A stretch of 64,000 nucleotides of DNA from Calditrichia bacterium (lineage in GTDB: Bacteria; Calditrichota; Calditrichia; JAJRVZ01): contig CAWCNS010000007.1 in the NCBI GenBank assembly GCA_963796965.1, forward strand, positions 832,001 through 896,000, in the 5' to 3' direction. Within the stretch, counting starts at the first letter, position 1. The number at the start of each line of letters is the position of its first letter. A program made the position numbers and the translations under genes. The notes under the pieces are model-generated. The model ran no database searches and was not told where the DNA came from. It saw only the letters and a program-made list of their open reading frames with translations. This document shows, piece after piece, positions 63,535-64,000 of this stretch.

Positions 63535-64000
63535 TTAGAGTTGCTCAATCACTTTTTTCATAATCTTTGTTAGTTTTGGTTCGGCATTGTTAGCCGTTTC
63601 TATAATCTCCGCAATGTTAACCGCCTGCAATGTTTCCGGAACACATTCATCCGTAATCACCGATAAACCCAACACATTCAAGCCGCTATGGACGGCAACA
63701 ATATTTTCTGGTACAGTGGACATGCCCACAGCATCGGCACCAATGATACTGAGAAATTTATACTCGGCCTTGGTTTCAAGATTTGGCCCACTAACAGCCA
63801 CAAAGACACCTTTCTGCAGAGAAATTCCTTCTTCTTTTGCTGCGAGATTGGCCAGATTGATCATTTTTTTTGACCAGGGTTCAGACATATCGGGAAATCG
63901 AGGTCCAAATTCGTCCAAGTTTGGTCCAATAAGAGGATTATCACCGAGTAAATTGATATGATCCTCAATTATCATAATATCACCACGGTTGAATTCGGGA
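63535..64000 (-). CDS. punA: Purine-nucleoside phosphorylase, partial (start beyond window)
   Basis: DHIN, GPRFPDM, GPNLETKAE, GADAVGMSTVPE. Confidence 0.9.
   Translation of the reverse strand, partial: PEFNRGDIMIIEDHINLLGDNPLIGPNLDEFGPRFPDMSEPWSKKMINLANLAAKEEGISLQKGVFVAVSGPNLETKAEYKFLSIIGADAVGMSTVPENIVAVHSGLNVLGLSVITDECVPETLQAVNIAEIIETANNAEPKLTKIMKKVIEQL

Noticed and set aside
82..63961. Numerous 60-200 aa antisense or alternate-frame ORFs (e.g. 82..342, 15715..16164, 28861..29355, 48083..48676, 59921..60367)
   Set aside because: They are shadows of well-supported genes and show no recognisable motifs.

Overview
Low-GC bacterial window (FCB-group-like gene types; taxon is inference) dominated by an amino-acid and nitrogen biosynthesis supercluster: gltBD, an arg operon with an inserted thrA, sigma54-driven glnK-amtB, asd, a full his operon, lysC and a full trp operon. 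It is interleaved with secreted glycan-active proteins (GHL10-like, a beta-propeller-GH9 fusion, a lambda-carrageenase/GH150-like protein, uncharacterised paralogues) and ends in a housekeeping run punA-ileS-dksA/traR-lspA-rluA. About 20 single-base frameshifts, some in essential ileS, point to uncorrected long-read errors. No rRNA, tRNA, CRISPR array or transposase gene was seen. Signals missed by the ORF track: (1) three leader peptides, namely classic His and Trp attenuators and an unusual Arg-operon leader ending RRP-stop with no intrinsic terminator; (2) a sigma54 promoter with four upstream CTACA-N4-TGTAG palindromes; (3) most intergenic gaps hold nested, multi-family palindromic elements (REP/MITE-like) that spread as composites and show compensatory base changes.
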